DNA of 64,000 nucleotides, from contig OZ287755.1 in the NCBI GenBank assembly GCA_965649765.1, positions 49,290,001-49,354,000 of the forward strand, read 5' to 3'. The position numbers and the translations under genes are program-made. Below, piece by piece: positions 25,873-38,839 of the stretch (within the stretch, counting starts at the first letter, position 1; the number at the start of each line of letters is the position of its first letter). The notes below the pieces were generated by a model. The model worked only from the letters and a program-made list of their open reading frames with translations. It was not told the origin of the DNA and did no database searches. This DNA is from Bispira polyomma (taxonomy: Eukaryota).

Positions 25873-26927
25873 ATATTTTAATTTCAAAAGAAGAAGTTCC
25901 TCAATACAGCTTTTCAAAATCAGCATAGACATACACTCAGGTGAAGTACTTCAATACATATTGACCATAAGGTATGCTGTGTGTCCTTGATATAACATTG
26001 CAATTAATGGATAAGTTAATCAGGTAAAAAGACTGTACATAGCCTTTTGTGCATGTACAACTATGTGTTGTCATCTAATCCCGTATTAACTGTGTACAAG
26101 GTTCCTTTGGTCACAAAGGGCTTCCATGGACAAAAAGCAAATTTAATCTGGTACAAGGCCAATGTGTTTAGCAAAACATGACCGAGGAACACTCTAAAGT
26201 CACAGAAGTCACAAATATTCTCAATCCAAAACATTAAGACCGATACATAAGAGTAGGTTAAAGACTACTATAAATAGTACAAGGACCATTAAATGTCATA
26301 TGTGACAGATGTACAAAGGTCATATTAATGTTATACGCCTCACTAGTTTTAAATATGGGAGTGCAAAGTTGAGGTTGTATAGATGTGTGATAGTCTGGTC
26401 TGATACAAAGAAATAGGGATTGCTACAAAAAGGTATATAGAGACCTTAGTCTTAGTCCTGAGTCTACCTTAAACCTAGGTCTCATTTACACGGATTAAGT
26501 GGATCTATGACAAAAGTTAAGTCAATGAATTATTTTGATATACACATGTAGGTCATTCACTTTTTTGGTGTTATCTAAGTAGTTTTCTATTCATGGGATA
26601 GGAATTTGGAAGGGGGCGATTTGGTATGTAGATGTACAACGCAGTGCCGTGTGGAGATGTACAGATATATCAAGATATATGTCACGAAGGTTATGCATAT
26701 AGATTGCCATTCTGTTCATTGACTTATATGTATTAACCAGTTAGATTGACACATACAGTGTTGGACAACCAGTAAAATTGGGTTTCCGAAAATTTTAAAT
26801 AAATCCAGCCAGTCACTGTAAACCTATTGTCAATCTTTTGTCGTCAAAGTTCAAAATTTTGTAAAGCACATTTTCAATGTAATCTATCATTACCCTGTGA
26901 ATTCAAATGGCATTAAAGTAAGAAAAT

Positions 26928-27067
26928 NNNNNNNNNNNNNNNNNNNNNNNNNNNNNNNNNNNNNNNNNNNNNNNNNNNNNNNNNNNNNNNNNNNNNNNNN
27001 NNNNNNNNNNNNNNNNNNNNNNNNNNNNNNNNNNNNNNNNNNNNNNNNNNNNNNNNNNNNNNNNNNN
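26928..27067. other. Assembly gap (140 N)
   Basis: Run of n. Confidence 1.
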
Positions 27068-27469
27068 CAACACTTTAAACTACCTCTGCTTTTATTAATG
27101 TTTCCATAATAACCAACAAAAAGGCTTTCATAGTCATAATTTGCAACACACAGATGATGCCGACAAACCAAAACAATACACAAAGACTCTGTTTTCTGCT
27201 TTTCAAAAAGATACAATGGATTCTTTATGGGCACACCTTTATAAGTGAATCTATCAAAGTGATAAAAGTAGTCAGCAATGGGAAAAGGCTGTATTGTTGT
27301 ATTTAATGATGTTAATAAGAAAGTAAAACTGTATTGAGCAAGAATTTCTTTGTGCACAGTCCCATGTTAGACGTAGTTTATAATTACACAAAAAGAAAAA
27401 AAACTGTAAATATGTGTAACACAAAAAGATACAAAATTATTCAAATTTAAAAATAGTATAGGTCATAGT

Positions 27470-28220
27470 GTTATTAATATATCAAATGTCCCATTAACCA
27501 CAGACCAAATTAGCACTTTAGAAAAGGGCTGACCTGTCCCACTCCCAAACCACCCACTGAATCCCCAGATATGAAATGAAAAAAATAATGAAATGAACTT
27601 CCGCAACACAGGGTCATTTCAAATGCTCTTCCTTATGGGCAACCACTATGGGCGCCCAGGCTTGCTTGAGGACGACCACTTATCAACATCCCTAATAATC
27701 TTAAATCTTTAACCTAATTAATCGCAAGGACCACATTTTAAGTTGTCATTCGAGCCACAAACTTGTGTTCACATCTTGCCCAAGGCTGTTATCCCACAAA
27801 ATGCAACGAGCGGTTGGTACTGGGTATAGAACCAGGGACCTTCTGATCATCAGACCAACACCCTAACTACTAAACCACGTGAGATCATACAGATATCAAC
27901 CAAAGCATCAATGATTTTATTAATCAGAATGCAGGCACCCAGCCCAAAGAACCTGAGGTTGCCTCTGACCAATATGAACATACACAGATAAAGCTTTAAT
28001 TGATATCAAGTTGGAGGCCCAATCCACCAAACAATAGTTTGGACACTTTCAAAAGAGGAGGTCAAAATGAGCTTACTAAAAAGTGAGGGTCCCTATATAA
28101 GTAAAGGACTCAACCAAAAAAGAATGGACTGATGTAAGGGATTTAAAGAAAAATTCACTCATTGCAATCAGGCAGGCAGATAAAGGATCTGCCATAGACA
28201 TAATGAACACCACAGATTAT
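27470..28220 (+). mobile_element. Penelope-like retroelement remnant (N-terminal part of the RT ORF)
   Basis: VINISNVPLTTDQISTLEKGL..PTP and IAIRQADKGSAIDIMNTTDY (the ADKG motif); interrupted by a SINE and ends at the Gypsy relic. Confidence 0.7.
27575..27880 (-). mobile_element. tRNA-derived SINE (family B) inside the Penelope-like remnant
   Basis: Minus-strand head CGTGGTTTAGTAGTTAGGG...GGTCCCTGGTTCTA; ATTTC-type tail at 27573-27597. Confidence 0.65.
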
Positions 28221-29048
28221 CGTAAGAAACCTATTGAAGCGGTTAAGAGCCGATATGGTTTATGTGTAGAGTGATTACACTAAGTATTAGTACAAAATTA
28301 TAACAATGTGGTTAAATACCAACTTTTACTAGTTTTCTTGTGTATATTTTGACACTTGTCTTTATCACATTTGTACGTAAAGATTTTGTAATACTTTCTA
28401 TACTGTTTCCAAGCTTTCTGTAGCAGGAAGTTGTCACTTTAAAAGTGGGGCACATACTAAACTCCTAGTTTGTAACCTCAGTCAAACTGAGTCAAACTGG
28501 TCTGCCTAGGGTCACACTAAATAAGGCCTACATGTTCTGGCCATAGGGAAACATGTGATACTAGAGTGATGGAGTATAGTCCACATATTTATTAAACTGT
28601 AGTATACGTCAATTTAGTTAAAGATTTAGTGAGGACGGGTTATATCTAAGGGCTAAGCTGATGGGAGAGGCGGTTCATTGTCGGATTGACACAGGAGCCA
28701 TACTTCACCCTAGCAAATATTTTTGTGTACCATCTGATCGAAGAAGACCATTAAATGAGTTAGATAAAACTAAAGTGTTAGTCAGCCAGTGGTGTAGCAT
28801 TGAGACCTCAAACATAAGTTAAACTACCTTCAAACCAGTGCAGGCACAGTACAATCAATACAATCACTTATATTAGGAAATTATTTTCTATTAAAGAATC
28901 AGTGCTTTGTTAACTTGCTAACCATACTTCATTTATCAAGAACAAAAATATAGGTTGTACATTAGAGAGTAAGATACATTCTTTTTTCAGGCTCAAGTTA
29001 GCTTAAGACAAACTCCGAAATGAAAGGGCTAGCAATGGCAAGGGCTTT

Positions 29049-29105
29049 GATGTTGCGCCTTAGAAGATGCCTAGCATCAATAAGGCGCATTAAAAATGCA
29101 CAGTA
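29049..29105 (+). mobile_element. Isolated L2 3'-tail fragment
   Basis: TGTTGCGCCTTAG.AGATGCCTAG...AATAAGGCGC matches 2248-2287; 8-bp stem GCGCCTTA/TAAGGCGC. Confidence 0.7.
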
Positions 29106-29311
29106 CCATTTGGCATACTGATGATCTAGTTAGAGTTATGAATCCATCAAATATTCCAGCTGTGTAACGACTGTATGGTGTTGTAGTCTGGTGGTTAGTG
29201 TAAGTTTGATACTGTTGAGGGCTAATTTGGTGTAATCAAGGAGTTAGGTTCAGAATTGCTATTTTTAGAGACAAACCTGAAAAGAGATAAAACTCATCCG
29301 GTACAACGTAA

Positions 29312-29837
29312 TGGGGGGGGGGGGGTTTCACATTGTCCAAGTTCATGCCCTGGCATAGCCCCTGCATTGTCGTTTACTCAAGACCTGAAGAACTTGGCCA
29401 ATCGTGAGAAAAAAGGCGAGAAAAGGTTCATTTTCATTTCCATGTATTTGCATCCCCCCTTTATGACCCATTTTAGCCCCGTTTTAGACCCATTTAGCCC
29501 CGTTTATGTCCAGGATATGTTACGTTTTCTCAAGTTCTCTCCAGTTCTGGCCAGATCACACAAGTTTTGAGCAGTTCAACTCCGGTTTACGCCCCACCAT
29601 CCCCCGGCATTGCTGTTTTGTCAAGTTCTCTTAAGATGTGTTTCAGAACCGTCCTCCCAAAGAAGTTTTGAACATGTTCAAAATTTCTGGCTGTAGCTCC
29701 CGTTCTTGCCGTTCGCCCCACTTCGCCCCAGTTCTAGCCCTGTTTATGTCCAGTTCTCGGACGTTTGTTTAAGTTCTCACACGTTCTCAGAACAAGGGAG
29801 AACAGGAACAGAGAACATGGACAGTGTGAAGGCTACT
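29312..29837. mobile_element. MITE (PIF/Harbinger-like) nested in the Gypsy relic
   Basis: TIR TTCACATTGTCCAAGTTC (29327-29344) vs GAACATGGACAGTGTGAA (29813-29830), 16/18 match; TAA/TTA at the edges; internal GTTCT/CCCG motifs. Confidence 0.65.
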
Positions 29838-31822
29838 TAAGATAGACACAGGTGTTAGAAAGCCAGTTAAACAAAGGCCTACAATGTTTCCTCTTGCTAA
29901 ACGGAAGGTGGAACGTAAGAACGTTGAGAAAATGTTAAGAGGCTAGGATGATAGAACCATCATATAGTTGTAGGGTATCTCCCACGGTTTTAGTGACAAA
30001 GAAAGAGGGTTCAAGCAGATATTATATTGACAACAGGCAGTTGAACGAAATTAAGTTAAAATCTAAGTATCTTTTACCACATCCCCAAGATTGCTTAAGG
30101 GCCTTTAAGGAGTCAAAGTTGTGTTCTACTCTGCATTTACCGAGTGAGTACTGGCAAAAATAAATGGGTTCTAGGGATCATAAACAAACTGTATTTTACT
30201 AGTATTTTACTAGTGGATTATTTCCATTCTGGGTCATGCCGTTTGGTTTGACCAATGCCCCCAGTATCAGTCCAGAGTGCAGAGAGATGTCTGATCTATC
30301 TTGATGATGCTATTGTGAAAGTTGTAACGTTTAAAGAGTATATTGAAAATCATAGGACAGTTTTTGATAGCTGGATATCAGCTGAGTTGAAGTTGTCACC
30401 TAAAAAGTGTCATTCTTTCCAGGAAAAAAGTTACTTCTCAGGACATATAATGCCTAAGGATGGTATTTTCACGGATCCTAAAAAGATTGAGGCAGTAGTT
30501 TAGTGACCAATTACAAAGTCTCTTAAGGAACTTAGGGTTTGTTTTGGTTTATCTAACTATTATATGAAGTTTATTATGGGATTTGCTACAGTAGCAATAC
30601 CATTGAGTAAACTTTCTGTGGAATTGTGATGGTCAAACTTATCTTCAATAGTATTTGCTTACAGAGGGTTAAATTTTGACTTATCCAGATCCTCAAGGGT
30701 CATTTATCCTTGATACTGATGCAAGAGGAATTGGTTTAGGCGATGTTTTGTCACAAGTGCTGGATGGTTGTGAGAATGTAATAGAATATTACAGCCTTAT
30801 AAAAAAAATGAAACGGTTACTGCGACACGCAGGGAGTTATTAGATGTAGTGGACTCGTTTAAACATATTCATCCATATATTTATGTGGTGCCCTTCCTGT
30901 TCATGATTAATCATGGTTTGTTAAGATGGTTTGTGAATTTTAAGAATCTTAAGGGCATCCAGGGCGTTCAAGTGAATTCCTTAGTGGCTACACTTTTAAA
31001 CTAGTACATAGACCAGACAGGCCACCTGGCCTGGTGATTTTCTCAGATCAATAAAGCATGTAACAAATTATACAATACAATACCATTTTTTTATTAAGTG
31101 AAGAACAACCACATGCTCTAACTGCTTGTATGTAAACAGATAGTTTTTTGTTTGTTCTTTAACAGGACATAATTTAATAAAATAGAATGTTAACAATGTC
31201 AAATTATATCTATCTAATATATCGCAAAAGAGCTGGTTATTCCTTGTGTTTTATGGATTTATTTTGTAGTGTAAAATAAACAATCAGTCAAGGAGATAAG
31301 ACACTAGCCACAGGTATAAGTCTTATCTCATAGAGGATCTAAAAACATACTTCAACTGATATTAATGTGGTATATTCCTATTCATTGGTTACTATACTTT
31401 AAAGGAAAGTACAGTTTTTCAGTTCCTATCATCCTGAAATAATGATTTTTTTTTGCAGGAGGATTTGTCCCATTATATATTCTTTGAGGCAAGTTTGCTA
31501 AGCACATCTACTTCAGGAGACTGCTATCTCAGTCCACGTTAAATATAACACACCACCTTAATTAAAAATTAGGTATAGCTATCCTCAGGGCATTTTACCA
31601 TAGCTATTCTAGGGCCAATCACATTGCAGAATTAATTAACAGTTCCCGGTTTTTCTTGGCATTATACTGCCATATTGAATTTGACTTCGAACAAGCAACA
31701 AGTGAAAATTATTTTAACTTACATGGAGATTTATACAACATTTGTCTTTAGTGAATTATTTTAAACGTTATATTTTATCTTTTACTACATTATTAGCAAG
31801 TCAGTTAGCCAGTTATTAGTCA

Positions 31823-32445
31823 TTGGTGCAGAGGGAACTATCCCAAGGTAAGCAGAACCAGAGGGTTAAGTCTGGCAGGTTTAATTCAACTGATGTTGCC
31901 ACAGTTGATCCAAGATACCGTTGGCCCAACGAGGGCTGCTTAGCAACGAACGTCATCACTTCTTCTCGTAAATGGCCCGCCTGTGATGACCTGTCGCTAC
32001 CACAATGGGTGGCAGGACAAATCTCGAATGCGCTCCTTGTCACAGACAACACAGCCATGAGGGACATGATGACCCAGATAGTATTCACGCTTTGAGACGC
32101 TTCGTCGCTACCCTGGCCCGTAGTGAGGACAGCATGGGCGTCTAACATGCATGAAGCTGAGGAGGGACGCAAGATCACACTCAGTGGGCGCTGAATCGAA
32201 TGAGCGCGTCTCAGTTAGCTATGGTTAATAACCATCACCAGGGTACGTCCAATGCCACAGAACAGAAAACAATATGTCAGCTATTTAATGGTAAATGCAG
32301 CCACAAAAATGATCATGGGAATTACAAGCATCAATGCTGGTATTGTGCCAAAGTTTTAGGAAAAGAATCTGGCCACCCCGAATTTAAATGTTTTAAAGCA
32401 AACTCAAGTAAGCACTCTGACAGTCAAAATGTAAAAAGCAGCTAG
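31823..32445 (+). pseudogene. gag-like ORF (C-terminal part) of YR element 2
   Basis: KSGRF..WPNE..DDLSLPQWVAG; CQLFNGKCSH..H.CWYC..HPEFKC; stop and frameshift. Confidence 0.8.
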
Positions 32446-34811
32446 GGAGACATACATACAGAATGACCACACTGATGGGGAGGCCATTAGAGCAAAAATT
32501 AGTGTGACCAATTGGTCCTTATCTGATCTGGCCACTGGCAAAATTTTCATGGAAGGACTTCATTGTTTGGTAAAAGGTTTTTATTATACTTATGTTGACA
32601 ATGTCACTGGTTTGCAATGCTACACTCCCCTGGACTTCAAACCGAATGGTATGTTATATATTATTAATGTTTTTGAGACATTGATTAGTAGAGACCACGA
32701 GATACCAATGGTAAATTTAGATGGCATTGAATATGTTTCAGTTAAGCAACAAAAGCAAGCCAGTAATGATTTTTATTTTTACCAAAGAGATATGCAATGT
32801 CTAAATTCAAATGGTAAAACATATACTCAGTTTGTAGAAAATATAATTGATAAGTTAATTGAACATTGTGAAAATGTAGATTTAGTCTACACTAATGTAA
32901 ATGTAGAGCCAACAGACAAGGCTGTACAGAATGGACATAGTAGCTCTGACATTACTAAAAGCATGGTTAGTTATTGTGATGAAAAATATACTCACCCTGC
33001 GTCTTCCGAATTCTTCTCCCAAATGACTTACATGACTAAGGCTAGTGAACCAACCAACAGGGTGGTCACTGACATTAATGACAAAGACAAGACTGTAGGG
33101 TTCATTGCTCTATCAGATACTGATTTTGAATTTCAAGGACCAGATAAGCAGCCAATACAGATAAAATCAGTGGAAGACATGATTACAACTGCTCAAATCA
33201 TAAAACAAACAGGAGTTCCAAACTATAGATCAGCTAGAACTCCACTAAGTTCTGGACTTAACACACAGGCTTGGCAGCACATGCTGCAGGATTATCCTGA
33301 CAAGCTATTACTCCAATATATTACATTTGGTTTCCCTTTATGTTTAAGAACTCCTACTAAATTAGAAAATGTTAAGGTAAAGAATCATTACTCAGCCCCA
33401 CAATATCCCTATGAGGTTGGGGAATATCTTAAAAAAGAAACTGCTCTAGGGGCCATGTTAGGTCCAGTTAAAGAAGTAAAAACTTCAGACTACCATTTTT
33501 CGCCACTTCTCACTAGACCCAAAGATATTAATAAACGCAGAGTAATTTTGAACTTTATGGCAACTCCCTTAATGACAATGTCGACAGGGACGAATTCAAT
33601 GGCGTGTCATTTGTATTAAAATTTCCAACAATTGATGACATCACACAAGCCATACGGGATACTGAAAACGCAACCTTATTTAAAATTGACTTGGCCAGGG
33701 CGTTTAGAAACCTAAGGGTTGACCCTGTGGACGCAATAAAGCTAGGAATTTCTTGGAAAAATTAATACTATGTGGACCCTGCGGTTGCGTTTGGGTGGGT
33801 TCATGGAAGCGTGGCTTTTCAGCGATGTATGGACGCAATTACAGCCCATATGTGGAAACAGGGCTTTGAGGTATTCGGATACATAGATGATTACGTTTGC
33901 GTTACTCATAAGGATAGAGCCATAGAAGGCTTCGATAAACTTCATACTTTGCTACAGGAGCTTGGTCTCCCTATGAACCAAGATAAACTAACTCCACCAA
34001 CTCAAAAGCTTACTTGTCTAGGAATCGACTTTGATATCGCTAAAGGAATTATAAGTATACAAACAGACAAGTTAAAAGAAGTATATGATGTTTGTATTGA
34101 GGTTCTACACAAACAGTACATATCTAAGAACAAATTCCAATCATTATTAGGCAAGCTCCTATATATTCATAAATGTGTTACTCCGACCCGAACCTTTGTG
34201 AACAGACTATTGGCTGAATTTCGAGCTGGCCATGCGAATAAGCGTTTTAAAGTAACTAATGAAATTAAAAATGACTTGCTATGGTTCAAAAATTTTTTAG
34301 AACACTACAATGGTATAAATTTCATTAAACATGACGTTATACCATATGCAGACGAGCTGCACTTAGACGCTTGCCTCACAGGCTTTGGGGGAGTTGGAAT
34401 GACGAGGTTTATGCCACTCCGTTTCATGACATTTTCGATGGAAAATTGACAATCATACATCTGGAAATGTTAATTATAATTATTGCTTTACGTGTATGGG
34501 CTGAGAAGTGGAGACATAGTAGTATAATGATCAACTGTGACAACATGGCTGTGGTTCTGGTTGTCGAATCACAAAAAACCAGAGATAATTTTCTGGCCTT
34601 ATGCTTAAGAAACATCTGGTTACTAACAGCTACTTATGACATTACTCTTAAAATTAGACATATACCTGGTAAGAAAAATGTAGTTGCAGATGCACTGTCC
34701 AGACTGTATTCAGACAAGGTATCGGATTAAGAGCTTATAAATAAAATTGACAGTAATTTTAAATGGCACCAAGTGCCAATTGAATACTTCAATTTGGACT
34801 TATCTATATAA
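32435..34811 (+). pseudogene. pol (N-terminal extension + RT/RNase H) of YR element 2
   Basis: YITFGFPL, GAMLGP, KIDLARAFRNLRVDP, GYIDD, HLDAC, CDNMAVV, HIPGKKNVVADALSR; three or more frameshifts. Confidence 0.9.
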
Positions 34812-34817
34812 TTTCAG

Positions 34818-35795
34818 GTTCTACATACATCAACCAAGCTCTGATGGTGTCAGCCAATGCTAGAATTGACCTAGGTTTAAGACCAAAGACAACTACAGCA
34901 TACAATGCACAGTTTAAGACCTTTTTAGCTTTTCGTAAGTTCACAGGAATTGCTACCATTAATGTACATTCAGTTATTGCCTTTTTGAAGTACCTTGTGC
35001 AGAACCAGTTATCACCAGGGGCTATTAACAACTACTTAGCAGCTCTAAAATTTGTAGCATCCAAGTTAAACTGGAATCTGACTCCATTTCACACATAATG
35101 CAGTTTCACTATTCACTAGGAGTCTCACACATAATTCAGCTTTCAGACCGAAAACTAAAGGCATTTTTACCATAGAACAGCTTATTCTCATATCTAGAGC
35201 TTGTGAAATCCTGGATGACCCTTTACTCTTTAGGGCTATCTTTTTAGTAGCATTCTTTGGGTTTTTGAGGTTATCAAACATAGCACCTCATTCAAAATCA
35301 GCCTTTGACAACACCAGGCACTTCCTGAGACAGGATGTCATTTTTGGTCACCCAGGAGCTCACATGATCTTAAACTGGGCCAAGAATTTACAAAATCGAA
35401 CTGATACTCACATAATTCAGATTCCAGTACTGGACAATTCACACATTTGCCCAGTGTTAGCTCTCCAGAGATTGCTTTCGTCCAGACAAATTTCGGACAA
35501 GGCACCACTGTTTGCATCAAAAATTCTACCATATCACACAATTATTGATTCACATGTAAGATCTGCTTTACAAAATTTTTTACAACACATTGGTATTCAA
35601 CATAGTTCATATGGATTCCATGCCTTCAGAAGGTCGGGAGCCACTTTTGTATTCAATCAAAACGTCTCACTCCAGAACATTATGGCCCACGGATTGTGGA
35701 GGTCATCTGCTGTGTGGACATACTTACAAAATACTTCACAGGCTGCCTCAGTGGTACCTTTAACCTTTGCCTCTGCCATCTCCCATTCCTCCTAG
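34818..35795 (+). pseudogene. Tyrosine recombinase of YR element 2
   Basis: FLRLSN, WAKN, HAFRRSGA, HGLW, WTYL give a full R-K-H-R-W/H-Y set; one frameshift near 35090. Confidence 0.92.
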
Positions 35796-36947
35796 GTTTG
35801 GCTTGGGGCTGTAAAAATTTGTGATGTTTAAATAAATTTTTAAGCATTTTACTTTTTATATATTATCATGTACATATACTACTAACATTTAAAAAATAAA
35901 CCCTCAAAGTGAAATCTTTTACTATCTCTGTGTTCATAAACTTTACCACAACTTACAAATTTGAGCTGTCTTATATAACTTCTATATCAACCTTAATAAC
36001 GGGGACTGTATACATGGACCTTAACACCCACAACTACTGGATAAACGTTATTTTGTTTTGCATAGAATTCAGCATTTCCAGCAAAGACCAGGCAGTGCCA
36101 AAAGTCTAGATAAAACTACACATGGTGCTAAACCACTTGGGAGTTTCACAGCTGCCAGTTCTTTTCAAAATGTGCTTCTCTATATCAGGCTAGCTTACTG
36201 TTCAGTTTGTTTTCACATTGACAGTTAGATTTACAAGTGCTAGTCATTGCTAATCATAATAGCACTTGCTCAGTTCACAGCCTACCTTATGACACCATTA
36301 TAACGTGTTGTTCAGCATTGAATAACATTATTATCTTTCATCTCCTAATTTAAGACGAAATAACTAATAAATATTCAGAAGCTTTCACAATTTTTATAAA
36401 AATTAATATCTGCAGTAATACAATTCTTTTCAAATGAATACTAAACTTGTCTCTTAAGGAACTTAGGTATTCTAATCTTTGGCCACCACTTTTTTCCAAG
36501 GTAAGATAAATATTCAACTATATATGACAAATATTGAGGATATGTAAAGTGTAAATTGGTAAATCAAGTATCACACTAAAAATCATAGACGCCTATGGTT
36601 GAAGACAACTAATAATCAACTGATTTTAATGTGTCTTTAATATGTGATGTGATCAACATATACTTTATTAAATCCGGCTTAAAATGAATCAGAGAAACAC
36701 ACAGCAAAATGAAAGCATATGGTATGTAACATTATTACCAACACTTGAACGCACACAAAAGGGTCTGTGAAGTCACTAAGATTACCCCCTAGGACAATAC
36801 ACCTGTTATGTGAAATTCTTTACTTGGGGTCATAGCACTAAGACAAGCCTTTCTTACGACAGTGATCTCAGTAATATAGTTATAGGTCTCTGCCATCGCG
36901 AGTCCCTTAAACACAACCCTTAAACCATTGAAGGAAAAAATCCTCAG

Positions 36948-37445
36948 GGGAGAAGTCTTATAAGCATACACAAAAGAACTATATTTACCATACTGTATAT
37001 AATACTAAAATATTAAATATTGGTTTATTCCCTTTATGCTTTCAAAAGGTGAACACATATGGTTTTATGATTTTCTTCTTCTAACTAAAAACAATTAAAC
37101 ATTATTCTTTGAATTTCTAATGGGAGAAGTCTTAAACAATATGAACATACACAAAAACCATGTATATATTACATAAAAAATTTAATATTGATTCCTTCCT
37201 TTTATGCATTCAAAAGGTGAACACATGGTTTTATGATTTTCCTCTTCTAACTAAAAACAATTAAACATTATTCTCTGAATTCCTAATGGAAGAAGTCTTA
37301 AATAACATGAACATACACAATAACCATGTATACATTACATAAAAAATTTAAATATTGATTCCTTCCTTTTATGCCTTCAAAAACCCCATATGGTTTGATG
37401 ATTTCTTCACTAAAAAACAGTGAAACACTTATACATTATTCTGTA
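36948..37445. repeat. Tandem repeat, about 170-bp unit x3
   Basis: Units start GGRAGAAGTCTTA at about 36948, 37122 and 37288 and share TTATGC.TTCAAAA..ATGGTTT.ATGATTT..ACTAAAAA. Confidence 0.9.
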
Positions 37446-38072
37446 ACTTTTGATAACTATTTGCATGTTATTATGTTACATTTCCATATAAAATACTAGT
37501 AGGGGTAGTCAAAAGAGTGCATACTTTCATCGAGGTACCACAATGCTAAAACGTGAAAAAAAATTAAACTCTTTGTTCCCACTTCTACCCGAGTGAGCTG
37601 CAAATTTTACCGAATTTATCCTATGCCCTTATACATTCACCTAATTTCATGTAAATCGAGGGTTTTTTTAGTGCATGTGTGATACTGTCAAATAACCTAA
37701 CCAACTAATGCACACCGGTAGCAAAACATCACCTTTTTGGACGAGAAAAATGTCTGAGCCTTTTGACCTGTTCACATATCTTATAAATCAACCACAAACC
37801 TTTTCATTTGGATAGGTTGGCTTGGGGAGATTTTTCAGGGCCAACTGTTTTAGTGAGTCCCACTGAAATGGCACCAACGATACGGACATATTAGATGCAC
37901 ACATAGATATAGATTTATGGTGCTATCAAGTTTATTTTGGGCTTCCTGGTTTACAGCCAATCCAATGTACTGGGTACTGATAATGTTCATGGTAACGAAA
38001 AAAAAAATATCTGTAAAAAGAAACTTCACAAATGTTATTTGATTTATGTCTTTAGTAAAGGGGATCTGACTT

Positions 38073-38270
38073 NNNNNNNNNNNNNNNNNNNNNNNNNNNN
38101 NNNNNNNNNNNNNNNNNNNNNNNNNNNNNNNNNNNNNNNNNNNNNNNNNNNNNNNNNNNNNNNNNNNNNNNNNNNNNNNNNNNNNNNNNNNNNNNNNNNN
38201 NNNNNNNNNNNNNNNNNNNNNNNNNNNNNNNNNNNNNNNNNNNNNNNNNNNNNNNNNNNNNNNNNNNNNN
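38073..38270. other. Assembly gap (198 N)
   Basis: Run of n. Confidence 1.
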
Positions 38271-38542
38271 AGTTTAGAGTTTATTTGTGAATGCCTTGTT
38301 TAAGGCCAAACCAATATCATAAGTATTGATACTGTTTTGTTCTTTAGGCAAACAACAATTTTCTATTATAAAATCAAGCCTTACAGTGTGTCCAAATATC
38401 TGACATCTTATTTTATATTTCTATATCTTTGGTGATGGGGATCTTTATTAATAAATGCCACACAATATGGACGATAAAGTTGACCTATATACATTAGGTG
38501 AATAAATGTCTGTATATATTATTACCTTCCACAGTAGTGATA

Positions 38543-38750
38543 GGGGACCAAGGTGGCCTAGTGGTTGGAATTGTTTGCTTCCTTATCACTGGCCTCTCAC
38601 CCAAGTGGGTTCGACTCCCATTATGTTTCTTCATGTGAGAATGTTTGTCAGATGCTTGCTGTGTGTGGGCTGATGTATTGCAATGCTTCTTCGACCATTA
38701 ATTCTGGCTGTCATGATACGACCTAAGCTGAAAGTGACTAACTAAATTCA
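38543..38750 (+). mobile_element. Older family-A-related tRNA SINE
   Basis: GGTGGCCTAGTGG A box, ATCACTGGCCTCTCACC, GGTTCGACTCC B box. Confidence 0.7.
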
Positions 38751-38839
38751 AATCTATAATAGTGACTAAATATAAGGGAATTAGTTCTTCCACATGTTTT
38801 ACCCATATATTATATAATTGTTGAACAAGGGCTTGTCGG

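Larger units (their letters stand above)
28221..31040 (+). mobile_element. Decayed Gypsy/Ty3 LTR retrotransposon (protease, RT, RNase H)
   Basis: RIDTGA (about 28680), PVKQRP, MIEPSYS..VLVTKKEGS, VMPFGLTNAP, IYLDD, FILDTDA.GIGLG.VLSQ, RELL; LTRs not identified. Confidence 0.8.
31290..36100 (+). mobile_element. Tyrosine-recombinase retrotransposon 2 (Ngaro-like), gag N-terminus deleted
   Basis: gag - RT/RH - YR order; only protein-level similarity to element 1; boundaries approximate. Confidence 0.9.

Noticed and set aside
25900-26750. Possible further YR-element RT relic (also 500-690)
   Set aside because: Only faint motif echoes; not supportable as a feature without an HMM search
26890-27357. 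ORFs spanning N runs (also 37937-38290)
   Set aside because: Artefacts of assembly gaps
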